Shown: positions 19,511 through 29,339, counted from the first letter of the stretch. The stretch: 41,974 nt of DNA from Escherichia coli (GCA_026712335.1 GCA_026712335.1_4695.1); one strand, 5' to 3'. The notes: generated by a model from the letters alone, not told the origin. A program made the numbers and translations.

Positions 19511-19912
19511 ATGCGTAATCGTAATGTAATCGAAGCTGAAATCGCTAAACTGGAAGCTGAACTGGCAGACATCAAGGAATACGAATGTGCTCGTGACTCC
19601 GCTGTCCACATCCTGAAGAACTTAGGGTGGACTCGTGTTCGCGGTAAGTGGGTGCAACCAGTGAATCGTCCTGACCTGAAGGTATTCGATAAGGACACCA
19701 TGACCCACATTAAGGCTGGTGACTTCTGCACATCAACTGAGACATCCTCTCTATGGTTCGTGCGCACTGTCGCTGGCAACATCTGCTGGTGCTCACGAGT
19801 GTCCCGCATTGCTCCTAATGGAACCTTAGTGACCAGCAACAACGTTGGAATCAAAGCTGAGAACCTGAAGGTAATCAACGTGAAAGACTATATGGGATAC
19901 ACCCATCGTTAA
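19511..19912 (+). CDS. Hypothetical protein (133 aa), gp4.7 position
   Basis: ORF immediately upstream of DNA polymerase; size matches T7 gp4.7 (135 aa). Confidence 0.6.
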   Translation: MRNRNVIEAEIAKLEAELADIKEYECARDSAVHILKNLGWTRVRGKWVQPVNRPDLKVFDKDTMTHIKAGDFCTSTETSSLWFVRTVAGNICWCSRVSRIAPNGTLVTSNNVGIKAENLKVINVKDYMGYTHR

Positions 19913-19931
19913 ACTTTAAGGAGTAAACACA

Positions 19932-22046
19932 ATGTTACTATCCGACATCGAAACAAACGGGTTGCTGCACAACGTTAGTCAATTTCACTGTGCGGTGACT
20001 TACGACTACACAACCGACCAGTACATCCGTTATCGGCCTGATGACTTTGGGGCATACATTGATGCACTCGAAGCTGAGGTTGCTCGCGGTGGTCTCATTG
20101 TGTTTCACAACGGGCATAAGTATGACGTTCCGGTTATCGAGAAGCTGGCAAAGCTGATTCTTAATCGTGACGTTAAGTTCCCGAAAGAGAACGTCTTGGA
20201 CACCTTAGTGATGTCCCGACTGATTTACTCTAACATCAAAGACACCGATGCTGGTCTGCTCCGTGCTGGCAAGCTACCGGGACAACGCTTTGGGTCTCAC
20301 GCTCTGGAAGCATGGGGCTACCGCTTGGGTGAAATGAAGGGTGAGTACAAGGACGACTTTAAGAAGTCACTGGAAGAGTCTGGTGAAGAATACGTTGATG
20401 GGATGGAGTGGCTGTTCTTCAATGAAGACATGATGGAATATAACGTTCAAGACGTTGTAGTCACCAAGGCACTCTTTGAGAAACTGTGTAGTAACACTTT
20501 CTATTTCCCTAACGAGACACCCGCTGGAAGCACAGAAGCAGACCGTTTCTGGAATGGTAGCATTGAGGCTGTCAAACTGGAACATGATGCTGCATGGTTG
20601 TTAGCTAAGATGGAACGTAATGGTTTCCCGATTGACATTAAGTCTCTTGAGAACCTGTACGCAGAACTCGCTGGTAGACGTGGTGAGCTACTCGTAGAGT
20701 TAACCAATACGTTTGGCTCATGGTACTCCGCTAAGGGCGGTACTGAAGCATTCAGGCATCCTCGTACCGGAAAGCCGCTCACCAAGTATCCTCGTGTGAA
20801 GTATCCGAAACAGGGTGGCATCTTTAAGAAGCCGAAGAACAAGAAGCAACGTGAAGGTCTGGAACCTTGTGAACTGGACACTCGTGATTATGTAGAGGGC
20901 GCTCCGTATACTCCTGTAGAGCACGTTGTATTTAACCCTGCAAGTCGTGAACACATCACCCGTGTGCTTACCAAGGCTGGTTGGGTTCCCGTTGAGTTCA
21001 CCCCAAGTGGTGCACCAAAGGTAGATGATGAGGTCTTAGAGCACGTTAAGGTAGACGACCCGGATGCACAGCGTTGCATTGAGTTGATTAAAGAATACCT
21101 TATGATTCAGAAGCGTATCGGTCAGGTTGCTGAAGGTGATAACGGCTGGCTCCGAATGATTGGAGAAGATGGTCGTATTCACGGAAGCGTTAACCCTAAC
21201 GGTGCGGTAACTGGACGTGCAACCCATAGCTTCCCTAACGTGGCACAGGTGCCTTCAATCCGTGCTGCATATGGTGAACCTTGCCGTGCTGCTTTCGGTG
21301 CCGAGCATAACCTGAAAGACGGTAAGCCAGACCCTTGGATTCAAGTGGGTGTGGATGCGTCCGGCCTTGAGCTACGTTGCTTAGGTCACTTCATGTATCG
21401 TTATGATGAGGGTGAGTACGTTGAGACTATCCTCACTGGTGACATCCATACGAAGAACCAATTGGCTGCGGGTCTACCAACTCGTGACAACGCTAAGACG
21501 TTTATCTATGGGTTCCTCTATGGTGCTGGTGCTGCGAAGATTGGACAGATTGTTGGTGGTACTGCCGAAGATGGTAAGCGACTCATCAAGAACTTCCTTG
21601 ACCAAACTCCTGCTATCGCTGCGTTACGTGAAGCAATCACAGGGACACTCGTCAAGGACTCCAAGTGGGTTGGCGGTGAACAGAAAGTAACTTGGAAGCG
21701 CCGTTGGGTTCGTGGCTTGGATGGTCGTAAAGTCCACGTCCGTAGTCCTCATGCTGCGTTGAACACCTTGTTGCAGTCCGCTGGTGCTCTTATTTGTAAA
21801 CTGTGGATTGTTGAGACTGAACGTCTGTTACTGGAAGCTGGCCTTAAGCATGGCTGGGATGGTGACTTTGCGTACATGGCTTGGGTCCACGATGAGATTC
21901 AGGTAGCTGCCCGTACTCAAGAGATTGCCGATAAGATTGTCGAGTTGGCACAGCAAGCAATGCGTAATGTGGGAGACCACTTTAACTTTAGATGTCAGTT
22001 AGATACCGAAGGTAAGACTGGCGCAAACTGGAAAGATTGTCACTAA
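19932..22046 (+). CDS. 5: DNA polymerase gp5
   Basis: 704 aa, same length as T7 gp5; extensive identity (LIVFHNGHKYDVP, FGSHALEAWGYRLGEMKGEYKDDFK, YGFLYGAG, AYMAWVHDEIQV). Confidence 0.98.
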   Translation: MLLSDIETNGLLHNVSQFHCAVTYDYTTDQYIRYRPDDFGAYIDALEAEVARGGLIVFHNGHKYDVPVIEKLAKLILNRDVKFPKENVLDTLVMSRLIYSNIKDTDAGLLRAGKLPGQRFGSHALEAWGYRLGEMKGEYKDDFKKSLEESGEEYVDGMEWLFFNEDMMEYNVQDVVVTKALFEKLCSNTFYFPNETPAGSTEADRFWNGSIEAVKLEHDAAWLLAKMERNGFPIDIKSLENLYAELAGRRGELLVELTNTFGSWYSAKGGTEAFRHPRTGKPLTKYPRVKYPKQGGIFKKPKNKKQREGLEPCELDTRDYVEGAPYTPVEHVVFNPASREHITRVLTKAGWVPVEFTPSGAPKVDDEVLEHVKVDDPDAQRCIELIKEYLMIQKRIGQVAEGDNGWLRMIGEDGRIHGSVNPNGAVTGRATHSFPNVAQVPSIRAAYGEPCRAAFGAEHNLKDGKPDPWIQVGVDASGLELRCLGHFMYRYDEGEYVETILTGDIHTKNQLAAGLPTRDNAKTFIYGFLYGAGAAKIGQIVGGTAEDGKRLIKNFLDQTPAIAALREAITGTLVKDSKWVGGEQKVTWKRRWVRGLDGRKVHVRSPHAALNTLLQSAGALICKLWIVETERLLLEAGLKHGWDGDFAYMAWVHDEIQVAARTQEIADKIVELAQQAMRNVGDHFNFRCQLDTEGKTGANWKDCH

Positions 22047-22063
22047 TACAGGAGAAACATATC

Positions 22064-22357
22064 ATGGCTATTACTAAACGTTTTAAAGTATCATTCGAAA
22101 TGACCGTTAAGGTTGACTCTGAGACCGAAGTTATGATTCAGGAACGCATCTTGGATTTGGCTCGTAGCGTTCGTGATGGTGAGGAAGTTAGCGCACAGGA
22201 CAAAGAGTTGCTCGTTCAGGCTCTGACTTATGGTGCCGATGGTGTTGTTGCCTTTGCTGTTAAGCAGGGCATTCGTAATGAAATCCGTGAGATGGGCATT
22301 GAGCACCACGGTGAGGGCATTAAGTTTGCACCTGCAACTATCCGTGAGGTGAAGTAA
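22064..22357 (+). CDS. gp5.5-like protein (T7 gp5.5 is H-NS binding)
   Basis: 97 aa from ATG with RBS GGAG; MAITKRFKVSFE...ATIREVK resembles T7 gp5.5 as recalled. Confidence 0.7.
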   Translation: MAITKRFKVSFEMTVKVDSETEVMIQERILDLARSVRDGEEVSAQDKELLVQALTYGADGVVAFAVKQGIRNEIREMGIEHHGEGIKFAPATIREVK

Positions 22358-22566
22358 TGGGTGATTATCTACGTGTACTGGCGGCTATCAAAAGCTGCCC
22401 TAAGACCTTTCAGTCGAACTATGTGCGCAACAATGCGTCACTGGTGGCTGAGGCTGCGAGTCGTGGCCATATCTCTTGCCTATCAGTCGATGGGCGTAAT
22501 GCTGGCGCTTGGGAAGTAACAGGCGCTGGTGTCCGATTCCTGAAGAAGATGGGAGGTTGCGTATGA
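22357..22566 (+). CDS. 5.7: gp5.7
   Basis: 69 aa, near-identical to T7 gp5.7 (AIKSCPKTFQSNYVRNNASLVAEAASRGHISCL). Confidence 0.9.
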   Translation: MGDYLRVLAAIKSCPKTFQSNYVRNNASLVAEAASRGHISCLSVDGRNAGAWEVTGAGVRFLKKMGGCV

Positions 22567-22745
22567 GTATATCTAAAAGCGACACTGTAACGATGCCTCG
22601 TGAAGCATGGAATGATGTTAACGCATATATTGAGTTCCTTGAGGGTCGCCTAGCGAAGCTGAATGCTCTTGAGGCCCACGGTGTAGACAATTGGTGTGGC
22701 TACGATGATGCTGTAGCTGAACTCTTTACGGAGGATGACCTATGA
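22563..22745 (+). CDS. gp5.9-like protein (RecBCD inhibitor family)
   Basis: 60 aa from ATG overlapping gp5.7 stop; position and partial similarity to T7 gp5.9. Confidence 0.6.
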   Translation: MSISKSDTVTMPREAWNDVNAYIEFLEGRLAKLNALEAHGVDNWCGYDDAVAELFTEDDL

Positions 22746-23656
22746 GCGCATTAACTCTGAAGGAGTTCTATGAGTTACGCCAAGGGAAATCAGATAAGGG
22801 TGTTCTCGTAATGGATGGTGACTGGTTGGTATTCCAAGCGATGGCAGCAAGTGAAGTCGAGACCGATTGGGGCGATGATTGCTGGACCTTAGAGTGTGAC
22901 CACGGGAAAGCGTGGAACATTCTGGTTGACTCTATCAAGTCCTATGCGAGCCGTAAGAAGGCTTGGCGTGATGCACCTATCGTACTGGCCTTCACTGACG
23001 CTGTGAACTGGCGCAAGGAACTGGTGGACCCAACCTATAAGGAGAACCGTAAGGCATCCCGTAAGCCTGTAGGCTACCGTGCGTTCGTCGAGCGTGTTCA
23101 AGCCTTTGAGGACTGGACGTCTATCCTTGAGCCTCGCTTAGAGGGTGATGACGTAATGGGAATCATTGGGTCTGGTGCTAAACACTTTGGTTTCAAGAAG
23201 GCTGTACTGGTCTCCTGTGATAAGGACTTTAAGACCATCCCTGATTGTGACTTCTTGTGGTGTACCACTGGTAACATCTTGACTCAAGACCAGACGACTG
23301 CCGACTACTGGCACATCTATCAGACCATCAAAGGTGACTTGACAGATGGCTATGGTGGCATTCCGGGCTGGGGAGAGACTACCGCTGAGTGGCTGGAGAA
23401 CCCGTATGCCTTTGAACAGGTTGAGAAAACTTTCAAGTCTGGTGCTCGTAAGGGACAGACAGTTCTCGAATGGAAAAAGGTTGACATGGGTGAGCGAACC
23501 CTATGGGAAGCTATTGTGACACTTGGTGCAAAAGCTGGGATGACCGAAGAGGAAATCATTAAGCAAGGCCAGATGGCTCGCATCCTGCGTTTCGAAGAGT
23601 ACAACTTTATCGACAAGGAGATTTACCTATGGTCGCCGGAACAGTTGCGTTCGTAG
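22742..23656 (+). CDS. 6: 5'-3' exonuclease gp6
   Basis: 304 aa; collinear with T7 gp6 (VMDGDWLVFQAM, PIVLAFTD.VNWRKELVDP.YK.NRK, DFLWCTTGNILTQ, IIKQGQMARILRF.EYNFIDKEIYLW). Confidence 0.96.
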   Translation: MSALTLKEFYELRQGKSDKGVLVMDGDWLVFQAMAASEVETDWGDDCWTLECDHGKAWNILVDSIKSYASRKKAWRDAPIVLAFTDAVNWRKELVDPTYKENRKASRKPVGYRAFVERVQAFEDWTSILEPRLEGDDVMGIIGSGAKHFGFKKAVLVSCDKDFKTIPDCDFLWCTTGNILTQDQTTADYWHIYQTIKGDLTDGYGGIPGWGETTAEWLENPYAFEQVEKTFKSGARKGQTVLEWKKVDMGERTLWEAIVTLGAKAGMTEEEIIKQGQMARILRFEEYNFIDKEIYLWSPEQLRS

Positions 23657-23715
23657 TGTTCGCAATCGTAGCCTTCTCTATGGTGTGGGCTGCATTTATA
23701 GCTAAGAGTGTGTAA
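23629..23715 (+). CDS. Small hydrophobic ORF (28 aa), gene 6.3 position
   Basis: MVAGTVAFVVFAIVAFSMVWAAFIAKSV; overlaps 3' end of gene 6 in another frame. Confidence 0.35.
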   Translation: MVAGTVAFVVFAIVAFSMVWAAFIAKSV

Positions 23716-23743
23716 CTCTAGGCATTCTTCTCGATAGTGAAAT

Positions 23744-23766
23744 CAATACGACTCACTATTGAGAGG
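23744..23766 (+). promoter_or_regulatory. Phage RNAP promoter (phi6.5-like)
   Basis: CAATACGACTCACTATT GAGAGG. Confidence 0.75.
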
Positions 23767-23817
23767 GGTGCCTATATGATACCTACTTTAAGTTTAACTT
23801 TAAGGAGAACATTAATT

Positions 23818-24063
23818 ATGTTAACCCCTATCAAGAAGTATATGGAGAACCCACAAGATATTCCTAATGTTCCTCGGAGTGTTATGGAGTACCTACAGGT
23901 TCAGTACAATGCTGGATATGCTATTCAGTCAGGACTAATCAACCGATTAAAACAGGCTGGATGGTCTGAAAGCTACATCGCTGGGTTCCTCGCGGGTCTC
24001 AACTATGCGTCTCAAACTCTGGACGACATGGAGGCAATCCGTAAGGAACAGGCTGAGTCCTAA
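23818..24063 (+). CDS. gp6.5-like protein (81 aa)
   Basis: ATG after TAAGGAG; the track's longer ORF start lies inside the promoter. Confidence 0.65.
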   Translation: MLTPIKKYMENPQDIPNVPRSVMEYLQVQYNAGYAIQSGLINRLKQAGWSESYIAGFLAGLNYASQTLDDMEAIRKEQAES

Positions 24064-24078
24064 TCGTATGGAGGTCTT

Positions 24079-24354
24079 ATGTGCTTTTCACCAAAGATTA
24101 AGACACCTAAAGTAAAGACTGAATCCATCCGAGCTATCGACCCTGCTCCACTGACTGAGGAACCGAAAGGTATTCTCTTTGGTGGCGAAGAGGACAATGA
24201 TAGCGGAACCTCTTCTGAGGTGCCAACGGGTGGCAAGAAGTCCCTGAAGGTGAAACTGGATGACTCCGTTGAGAAGTCCAAGAAGGCAGACTCCGATGCT
24301 GCCAAGAAGAAGTCTAAATCTGGTATCCGTACCAGTATCTTTAAGAAGAAATAA
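24079..24354 (+). CDS. 6.7: gp6.7 (virion-associated protein)
   Basis: 91 aa; N-terminus MCFSPKIKTPK identical to T7 gp6.7. Confidence 0.85.
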   Translation: MCFSPKIKTPKVKTESIRAIDPAPLTEEPKGILFGGEEDNDSGTSSEVPTGGKKSLKVKLDDSVEKSKKADSDAAKKKSKSGIRTSIFKKK

Positions 24355-24368
24355 ATAGGAGGTCTATC

Positions 24369-24671
24369 ATGGGTTGGGGTAAAAAGATTCGCAAATCAGT
24401 TAAGAAGGCTATCAAGAAAGTAACCAAGCCTATCGAGAAGGTAGTCAAGGAAACTGGTAAGGCAGTCGAGAAGGTCGGGAAGGAAGCTGGTAAGGTCGTT
24501 GGTGGCGTTCAAGCTGCACCTCCTGCTGCACAAATTATCGAGCCACCGAGTAAAGACGATGTAGACTCCGATGATGATGCACAGACTGAATCCGGTAAGA
24601 AGAAAGCCCGTGCTGGCGGTAAGAAATCACTGAGTGTCGCTCGTAGTTCTGGCGGTGGTCTTAATATCTAA
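24369..24671 (+). CDS. 7.3: gp7.3 (tail/host-range associated virion protein)
   Basis: 100 aa; lysine-rich N-terminus; C-terminus DAQTESGKKKARAGGKKSLSVARSSGGGLNI matches T7 gp7.3. Confidence 0.85.
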   Translation: MGWGKKIRKSVKKAIKKVTKPIEKVVKETGKAVEKVGKEAGKVVGGVQAAPPAAQIIEPPSKDDVDSDDDAQTESGKKKARAGGKKSLSVARSSGGGLNI

Positions 24672-24685
24672 CAAGGAGGCGCTAA

Positions 24686-26293
24686 ATGGCAAGCTCACAG
24701 AAACGTGAAGGCTTCGCTGAGAATGGTGCCAAGGCGGTGTATGACGCATTGAAGAACGACCGGAACTCCTATGAGACCCGTGCGGAAAACTGTGCGAAGT
24801 ACACCATCCCTTCGTTGTTCCCTAAAGACTCCGACAACGCCTCTACTGACTACACCACTCCGTGGCAAGCAGTTGGCGCTCGTGGCTTGAACAACTTGGC
24901 CTCTAAGCTCATGCTCGCTCTGTTCCCTATGCAGACGTGGATGAAGCTGACCATCTCTGAGTTCGAAGCGAAACAATTGGTTGCACAGCCAGCCGAACTA
25001 GCGAAGGTCGAAGAAGGTCTCTCAATGGTCGAGCGAATCTTGATGAACTACATCGAGTCCAACTCGTACCGTGTGACACTCTTTGAGACCCTCAAGCAGT
25101 TGGTCGTTGCAGGTAACGCTCTGCTCTACATTCCTGAACCTGAAGGTACTTACAATCCCATGAAGCTATACCGCCTGTCTTCTTATGTTGTCCAACGAGA
25201 CGCATTCGGCACGGTGCTACAGATTGTAACCTTAGATAAGACTGCCTATGCAGCACTTCCAGAAGACGTTCGAAACTCTATGGACTCCGGTCAGGAACAT
25301 AAAGGCGACGAAATGATTGATGTGTACACTCACATTTATCTTGCCGAAGAATCTGGTGAGTACCTCAAGTACGAAGAGATTGATGGTGTTGAAGTCGATG
25401 GTACAGATGCTTCTTATCCGGTGGACGCTTGTCCTTATATCCCGGTTCGCATGGTACGCATTGATGGAGAATCATATGGTCGTTCTTACTGTGAGGAATA
25501 CTTAGGTGACTTACGGTCCCTTGAGAACCTCCAAGAAGCTATCGTTAAGATGTCAATGATTAGTGCTAAAGTTATTGGCTTGGTTAACCCGGCTGGTATC
25601 ACACAGGTTCGTCGTTTGACCAAAGCACAGACTGGTGACTTCGTGTCTGGTCGTCCAGAAGACATCTCGTTCCTTCAGCTTGAAAAGGCCGCAGACTTCT
25701 CTGTAGCGAAAGCTGTGAGTGAACAGATTGAGGGCCGACTGTCCTATGCCTTTATGTTGAACTCCGCTGTGCAACGCACTGGTGAGCGTGTGACTGCCGA
25801 AGAGATTCGATATGTTGCATCTGAACTCGAAGATACCCTTGGTGGTGTCTATTCGATTCTCTCACAGGAACTTCAGTTGCCAATGGTTCGTGTCCTGCTG
25901 AAGCAACTTCAAGCGACCAATCAGATTCCTGAGCTACCGAAAGAGGCCGTTGAGCCTACTATCAGTACCGGGATGGAAGCACTGGGTCGTGGTCAAGACC
26001 TCGATAAGCTGGAACGTTGTATTGCTGCTTGGTCTGCTCTTGCTCCTATGCAGAATGACCCGGACATCAACATTGCGACCATTAAGTTGCGCATTGCGAA
26101 CGCTATCGGCATCGACACTTCCGGTATCCTTAAGACACCTGAAGAGAAACAACAGGAGATGGCTGAGGCTGCACAGGGTACGGCTATGGAGAACGCTGCT
26201 GCGTCTGCTGGTGCTGGTGCTGGTGCACTTGCCACTGCAAGCCCTGAGAACATGCAAGCGGCTGCTGAACAGGCTGGAATGGTTCCAAATTAA
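24686..26293 (+). CDS. 8: Portal (head-tail connector) protein gp8
   Basis: 535 aa; long identical stretches to T7 gp8 (IPSLFPKDSDNASTDY.TPWQAVGARGLNNLASKLMLALFPMQTWM). Confidence 0.98.
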   Translation: MASSQKREGFAENGAKAVYDALKNDRNSYETRAENCAKYTIPSLFPKDSDNASTDYTTPWQAVGARGLNNLASKLMLALFPMQTWMKLTISEFEAKQLVAQPAELAKVEEGLSMVERILMNYIESNSYRVTLFETLKQLVVAGNALLYIPEPEGTYNPMKLYRLSSYVVQRDAFGTVLQIVTLDKTAYAALPEDVRNSMDSGQEHKGDEMIDVYTHIYLAEESGEYLKYEEIDGVEVDGTDASYPVDACPYIPVRMVRIDGESYGRSYCEEYLGDLRSLENLQEAIVKMSMISAKVIGLVNPAGITQVRRLTKAQTGDFVSGRPEDISFLQLEKAADFSVAKAVSEQIEGRLSYAFMLNSAVQRTGERVTAEEIRYVASELEDTLGGVYSILSQELQLPMVRVLLKQLQATNQIPELPKEAVEPTISTGMEALGRGQDLDKLERCIAAWSALAPMQNDPDINIATIKLRIANAIGIDTSGILKTPEEKQQEMAEAAQGTAMENAAASAGAGAGALATASPENMQAAAEQAGMVPN

Positions 26294-26313
26294 TACGACT
26301 CACTAATGGGAGA
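26291..26313 (+). promoter_or_regulatory. Phage RNAP promoter (phi9-like, late)
   Basis: TAATACGACTCACTAAT GGGAGA. Confidence 0.8.
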
Positions 26314-26369
26314 GACAATACGTCCTCCCTTTGAGTTCAACTTTATGAAATCTAAAGGAGATAACAATT

Positions 26370-27281
26370 ATGGCTGGTGAATCTAACGCTGACGTATACG
26401 CATCTTTTGGTGTGAACTCTGCGGTTGTAGGTGGGTCTACTCCTACTGACCACGAACAGGCTATGCTTGAACTCGACGTTGCTGCCCGTGATGGTGATGA
26501 CGCAATCGAGTTAGTTGGCAATGATGACCCTTATGGTAATCCAGACCCGTTTGGTGAAGAAGACGAGAATCGTACTGAGATTCGTATCTCCACTGATGGT
26601 GAACCTGAAGAGACCGAAGAGGGCGAGATTGATTACTCCGAAGGCAACGAAGAAGGTTCCGAAGAGTTTGAACCTGTGGGTGACGTTCCAGACGAACTGA
26701 ATGAAGCCTCAAGTCAACTCGAAGAGCATGAAGCTGGCTTCGAAGAGATGGTCAATCAGGCTGCTGAACGTGGTCTGTCCGAAGAAACTATCGTCCGTAT
26801 CCAACAGGAATATGGTGAAGATGGTCTGTCCGAAGAGTCCTATGAAGAACTGGCTAAGGCTGGCTACTCTAAGTCCTTCGTTGACTCCTACATCCGTGGT
26901 CAGGAAGCACTGGTAGAACAGTATGTTCAGTCCGTTATGGAGTACGCTGGCGGTGAAGCACAGTTCCAAGCAATCTACAATCACCTCGAAGTGTCCAACC
27001 CGGATGCTGCCGAGTCTCTGATTAGTGCCTTGGAGAATCGTGACCTCGCAACAGTTAAGGCTATCGTTAATCTCGCTGGTGCAAGCCGTGCGAAGACTTT
27101 CGGTAAACCTGCTGCCCGTAGTATCTCTAAACGTGCCGTCCCTGCTGCACCTGTACGAGCCAAACAGTCTGGCTTTGAGTCACAGGCTGAGATGATTGCT
27201 GCAATGTCTGACCCTCGCTACCGTTCGGACTCTAAGTTCCGTGCTGAAGTTGAGCGTAAGATGATGTACAGTAACTTCTAA
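26370..27281 (+). CDS. 9: Capsid assembly scaffolding protein gp9
   Basis: 303 aa; acidic; collinear with T7 gp9 (MAGESNADVYASFGVNSAV, FVDSYIRGQEALVEQYV). Confidence 0.95.
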   Translation: MAGESNADVYASFGVNSAVVGGSTPTDHEQAMLELDVAARDGDDAIELVGNDDPYGNPDPFGEEDENRTEIRISTDGEPEETEEGEIDYSEGNEEGSEEFEPVGDVPDELNEASSQLEEHEAGFEEMVNQAAERGLSEETIVRIQQEYGEDGLSEESYEELAKAGYSKSFVDSYIRGQEALVEQYVQSVMEYAGGEAQFQAIYNHLEVSNPDAAESLISALENRDLATVKAIVNLAGASRAKTFGKPAARSISKRAVPAAPVRAKQSGFESQAEMIAAMSDPRYRSDSKFRAEVERKMMYSNF

Positions 27282-27284
27282 AAT

Positions 27285-27307
27285 TAATACGACTCACTAT
27301 TGGGAGA
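27285..27307 (+). promoter_or_regulatory. Phage RNAP promoter (phi10-like, late)
   Basis: TAATACGACTCACTATT GGGAGA. Confidence 0.85.
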
Positions 27308-27475
27308 GAGATGGAATCCCACGATTGGAGGTCACACAGACCATTAAGTTGCTGTGACATCTGGCTTCCGGGCTTGTCGTGGGAATGCTCCCTTTGAGTG
27401 ATACACAATGAGAACCAACTCGTTTCAAGTAGTACCTCACACATTAAACTTTAAATCAACAGAAGGAGATTCAAC

Positions 27476-28519
27476 ATGGCTAGCATGAATGGTGGACAAC
27501 AGATGGGTAAAGACCAAGGTAAAGGTATGAGCGCTGGTGATAAACTGGCTCTGTTCCTGAAGGTCTTCGGTGGTGAAGTTCTGACTGCATTTACCCGTAC
27601 CTCCGTAACTATGAACAAACACCTTGTTCGCTCTATCCAGTCCGGTAAGTCCGCGCAGTTCCCTGTGCTGGGTCGTACCAAAGCTGCTTACCTGCAACCG
27701 GGTGAGAACCTCGATGACAAACGTAAAGACATGAAGCACACTGAGCGTACCATTAACATTGATGGTCTGCTGACTGCTGACGTTCTGATTTACGACATCG
27801 AAGACGCAATGAACCACTATGACGTGCGCTCCGAGTATACCGCACAGTTGGGTGAATCTCTTGCGATGGCTGCTGATGGCGCGGTTCTGGCTGAAATGGC
27901 TAAACTGTGTAACCTGCCGTCTGCGTCTAACGAGAACATCGCTGGTCTCGGTAAGGCTCATGTACTGGAAGTTGGCAAGCAGTCTGAGCTTCGGGGAGAC
28001 CAAGTTAAGCTGGGTCAGGCTATTATCGCACAGTTAACTCTGGCTCGTGCCAAGCTGACTGGCAACTATGTTCCGTCTGCTGACCGTGTGTTCTACACCA
28101 CTCCAGACAACTACTCTGCTATTCTGGCTGCTCTGATGCCTAACGCTGCAAACTATCAGGCTCTGATTGACCCGTCTACTGGCTCTATCCGCAACGTTAT
28201 GGGCTTCGAAGTTATTGAGGTTCCGCATCTGACTGCTGGTGGTGCTGGCGAAGACCGTCCAGAAGAGGGTGCAAATCCGACTGGTCAGAAACATGCGTTC
28301 CCTGAGACTTCCTCTGGTGACACCCGTGTTGCTCTGGACAACGTTGTCGGTCTGTTCAATCACCGCTCTGCCGTTGGTACTGTTAAGCTGAAAGATATGG
28401 CACTGGAACGTGCTCGTCGAGCTAACTTCCAAGCAGACCAGATTATCGCTAAGTATGCTATGGGTCACGGTGGTCTGCGCCCTGAAGCATGTGGTGCGCT
28501 GGTTTTCAACAAGGCTTAA
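27476..28519 (+). CDS. 10: Major capsid protein gp10A
   Basis: 347 aa; N-terminus [11 protein letters not shown] and the body near-identical to T7 gp10A. Confidence 0.98.
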   Translation: MASMNGGQQMGKDQGKGMSAGDKLALFLKVFGGEVLTAFTRTSVTMNKHLVRSIQSGKSAQFPVLGRTKAAYLQPGENLDDKRKDMKHTERTINIDGLLTADVLIYDIEDAMNHYDVRSEYTAQLGESLAMAADGAVLAEMAKLCNLPSASNENIAGLGKAHVLEVGKQSELRGDQVKLGQAIIAQLTLARAKLTGNYVPSADRVFYTTPDNYSAILAALMPNAANYQALIDPSTGSIRNVMGFEVIEVPHLTAGGAGEDRPEEGANPTGQKHAFPETSSGDTRVALDNVVGLFNHRSAVGTVKLKDMALERARRANFQADQIIAKYAMGHGGLRPEACGALVFNKA

Positions 28520-28653
28520 CTTCTCGCAAACTCGTAGGGGACACTGAGTCCCTTACTGAAGTTGAGCAAGAGCTAACGCCACAACAGAAAGCTGCCCGTA
28601 CCCGTGCGGCAAACAAGGCTCGAAAGGAAGCTGAGTTAGCTGCTACTGAATGA
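27476..28653 (+). CDS. 10: Minor capsid protein gp10B via -1 programmed frameshift at G GUU UUC (28501..28507)
   Basis: Slippery heptamer 12 nt before the 10A stop; -1 frame open for 48 codons to TGA 28651..28653; T7 does the same. Confidence 0.6.
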
Positions 28654-28662
28654 TAACTATAT

Positions 28663-28708
28663 GAAACCCCTTGGGTGCCTTCGCGGGTGCTTGAGGGGTT
28701 TTTTTTCG
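28663..28708 (+). terminator. Late transcription terminator (Tphi-like hairpin plus U-tract)
   Basis: AACCCCTTGGGTGCCTTCGCGGGTGCTTGAGGGGTTTTTTTT; resembles T7 Tphi. Confidence 0.85.
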
Positions 28709-28729
28709 CTACAACAGGAGGATACCAAC

Positions 28730-29320
28730 ATGCGTTCCTATGAAACAACCCTAGAGACAGGCGAAGAGTTGGCTGCGGTCAATGACATCTTGGCCTCTAT
28801 CGGTGAACCGCCAGTCTCCACTTTGGAGGGTGACTCTAACGCCGATGTTGCCAACGCCCGTCGAGTTCTCAATAAGATTAACCGACAGATTCAGTCTAAG
28901 GGCTGGACGTTCAACATTGAGGAAGGTCAGCAGTTGCTGCCTGATGTGTTCAACGGATTGATTCCCTATATGTCTGACTACCTGTCCGTACTGTCTGAAG
29001 GAGGCGCGACCGCTTACGTTAACCGTGGTGGTTACGTCTATGACCGGACTACAGGAACCGATGTGTTCCAGAACCCTATCACTGTGACCATCATTAAACT
29101 GAGAGAGTTCTACGAGATGCCTGAATGCTTCCGCTTCTGGATTGTAACTAAAGCTGCCCGTCAGTTTAACAACAGGTTCTTCGGTGCACCTGAGATTGAC
29201 GCTGTGTTGGCTGAAGAAGAACAGGAAGCGAAGATGCAGTGTCACGAGTACGAACTTGACTTCGGTAACTTCAACATGCTTGATGGTGATGCCTTCACTG
29301 GTGGTCTGCTGTCTCGTTAA
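28730..29320 (+). CDS. 11: Tail tubular protein A gp11
   Basis: 196 aa from ATG with RBS AGGAGG; near-collinear with T7 gp11 ([41 protein letters not shown]). Confidence 0.96.
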   Translation: MRSYETTLETGEELAAVNDILASIGEPPVSTLEGDSNADVANARRVLNKINRQIQSKGWTFNIEEGQQLLPDVFNGLIPYMSDYLSVLSEGGATAYVNRGGYVYDRTTGTDVFQNPITVTIIKLREFYEMPECFRFWIVTKAARQFNNRFFGAPEIDAVLAEEEQEAKMQCHEYELDFGNFNMLDGDAFTGGLLSR

Positions 29321-29339
29321 TAACTTAAGGAGGTCTCTA

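Noticed and set aside
27408-27488. Short upstream ORF in the capsid gene leader
   Set aside because: No RBS; it overlaps the capsid start out of frame; more likely part of the structured leader.
29184-29339. Upstream-extended starts in the ORF track (29184 for gp12, 28661 for gp11, 16755 for gp4, 23737 for gp6.5, 22037 for gp5.5, 6280 for gp0.3, 18663 for gp4.3, 1357 for Rz1)
   Set aside because: The extensions run through promoters, terminators or upstream genes and lack an RBS. A downstream ATG with a canonical RBS matches the T7 ortholog N-terminus in each case.
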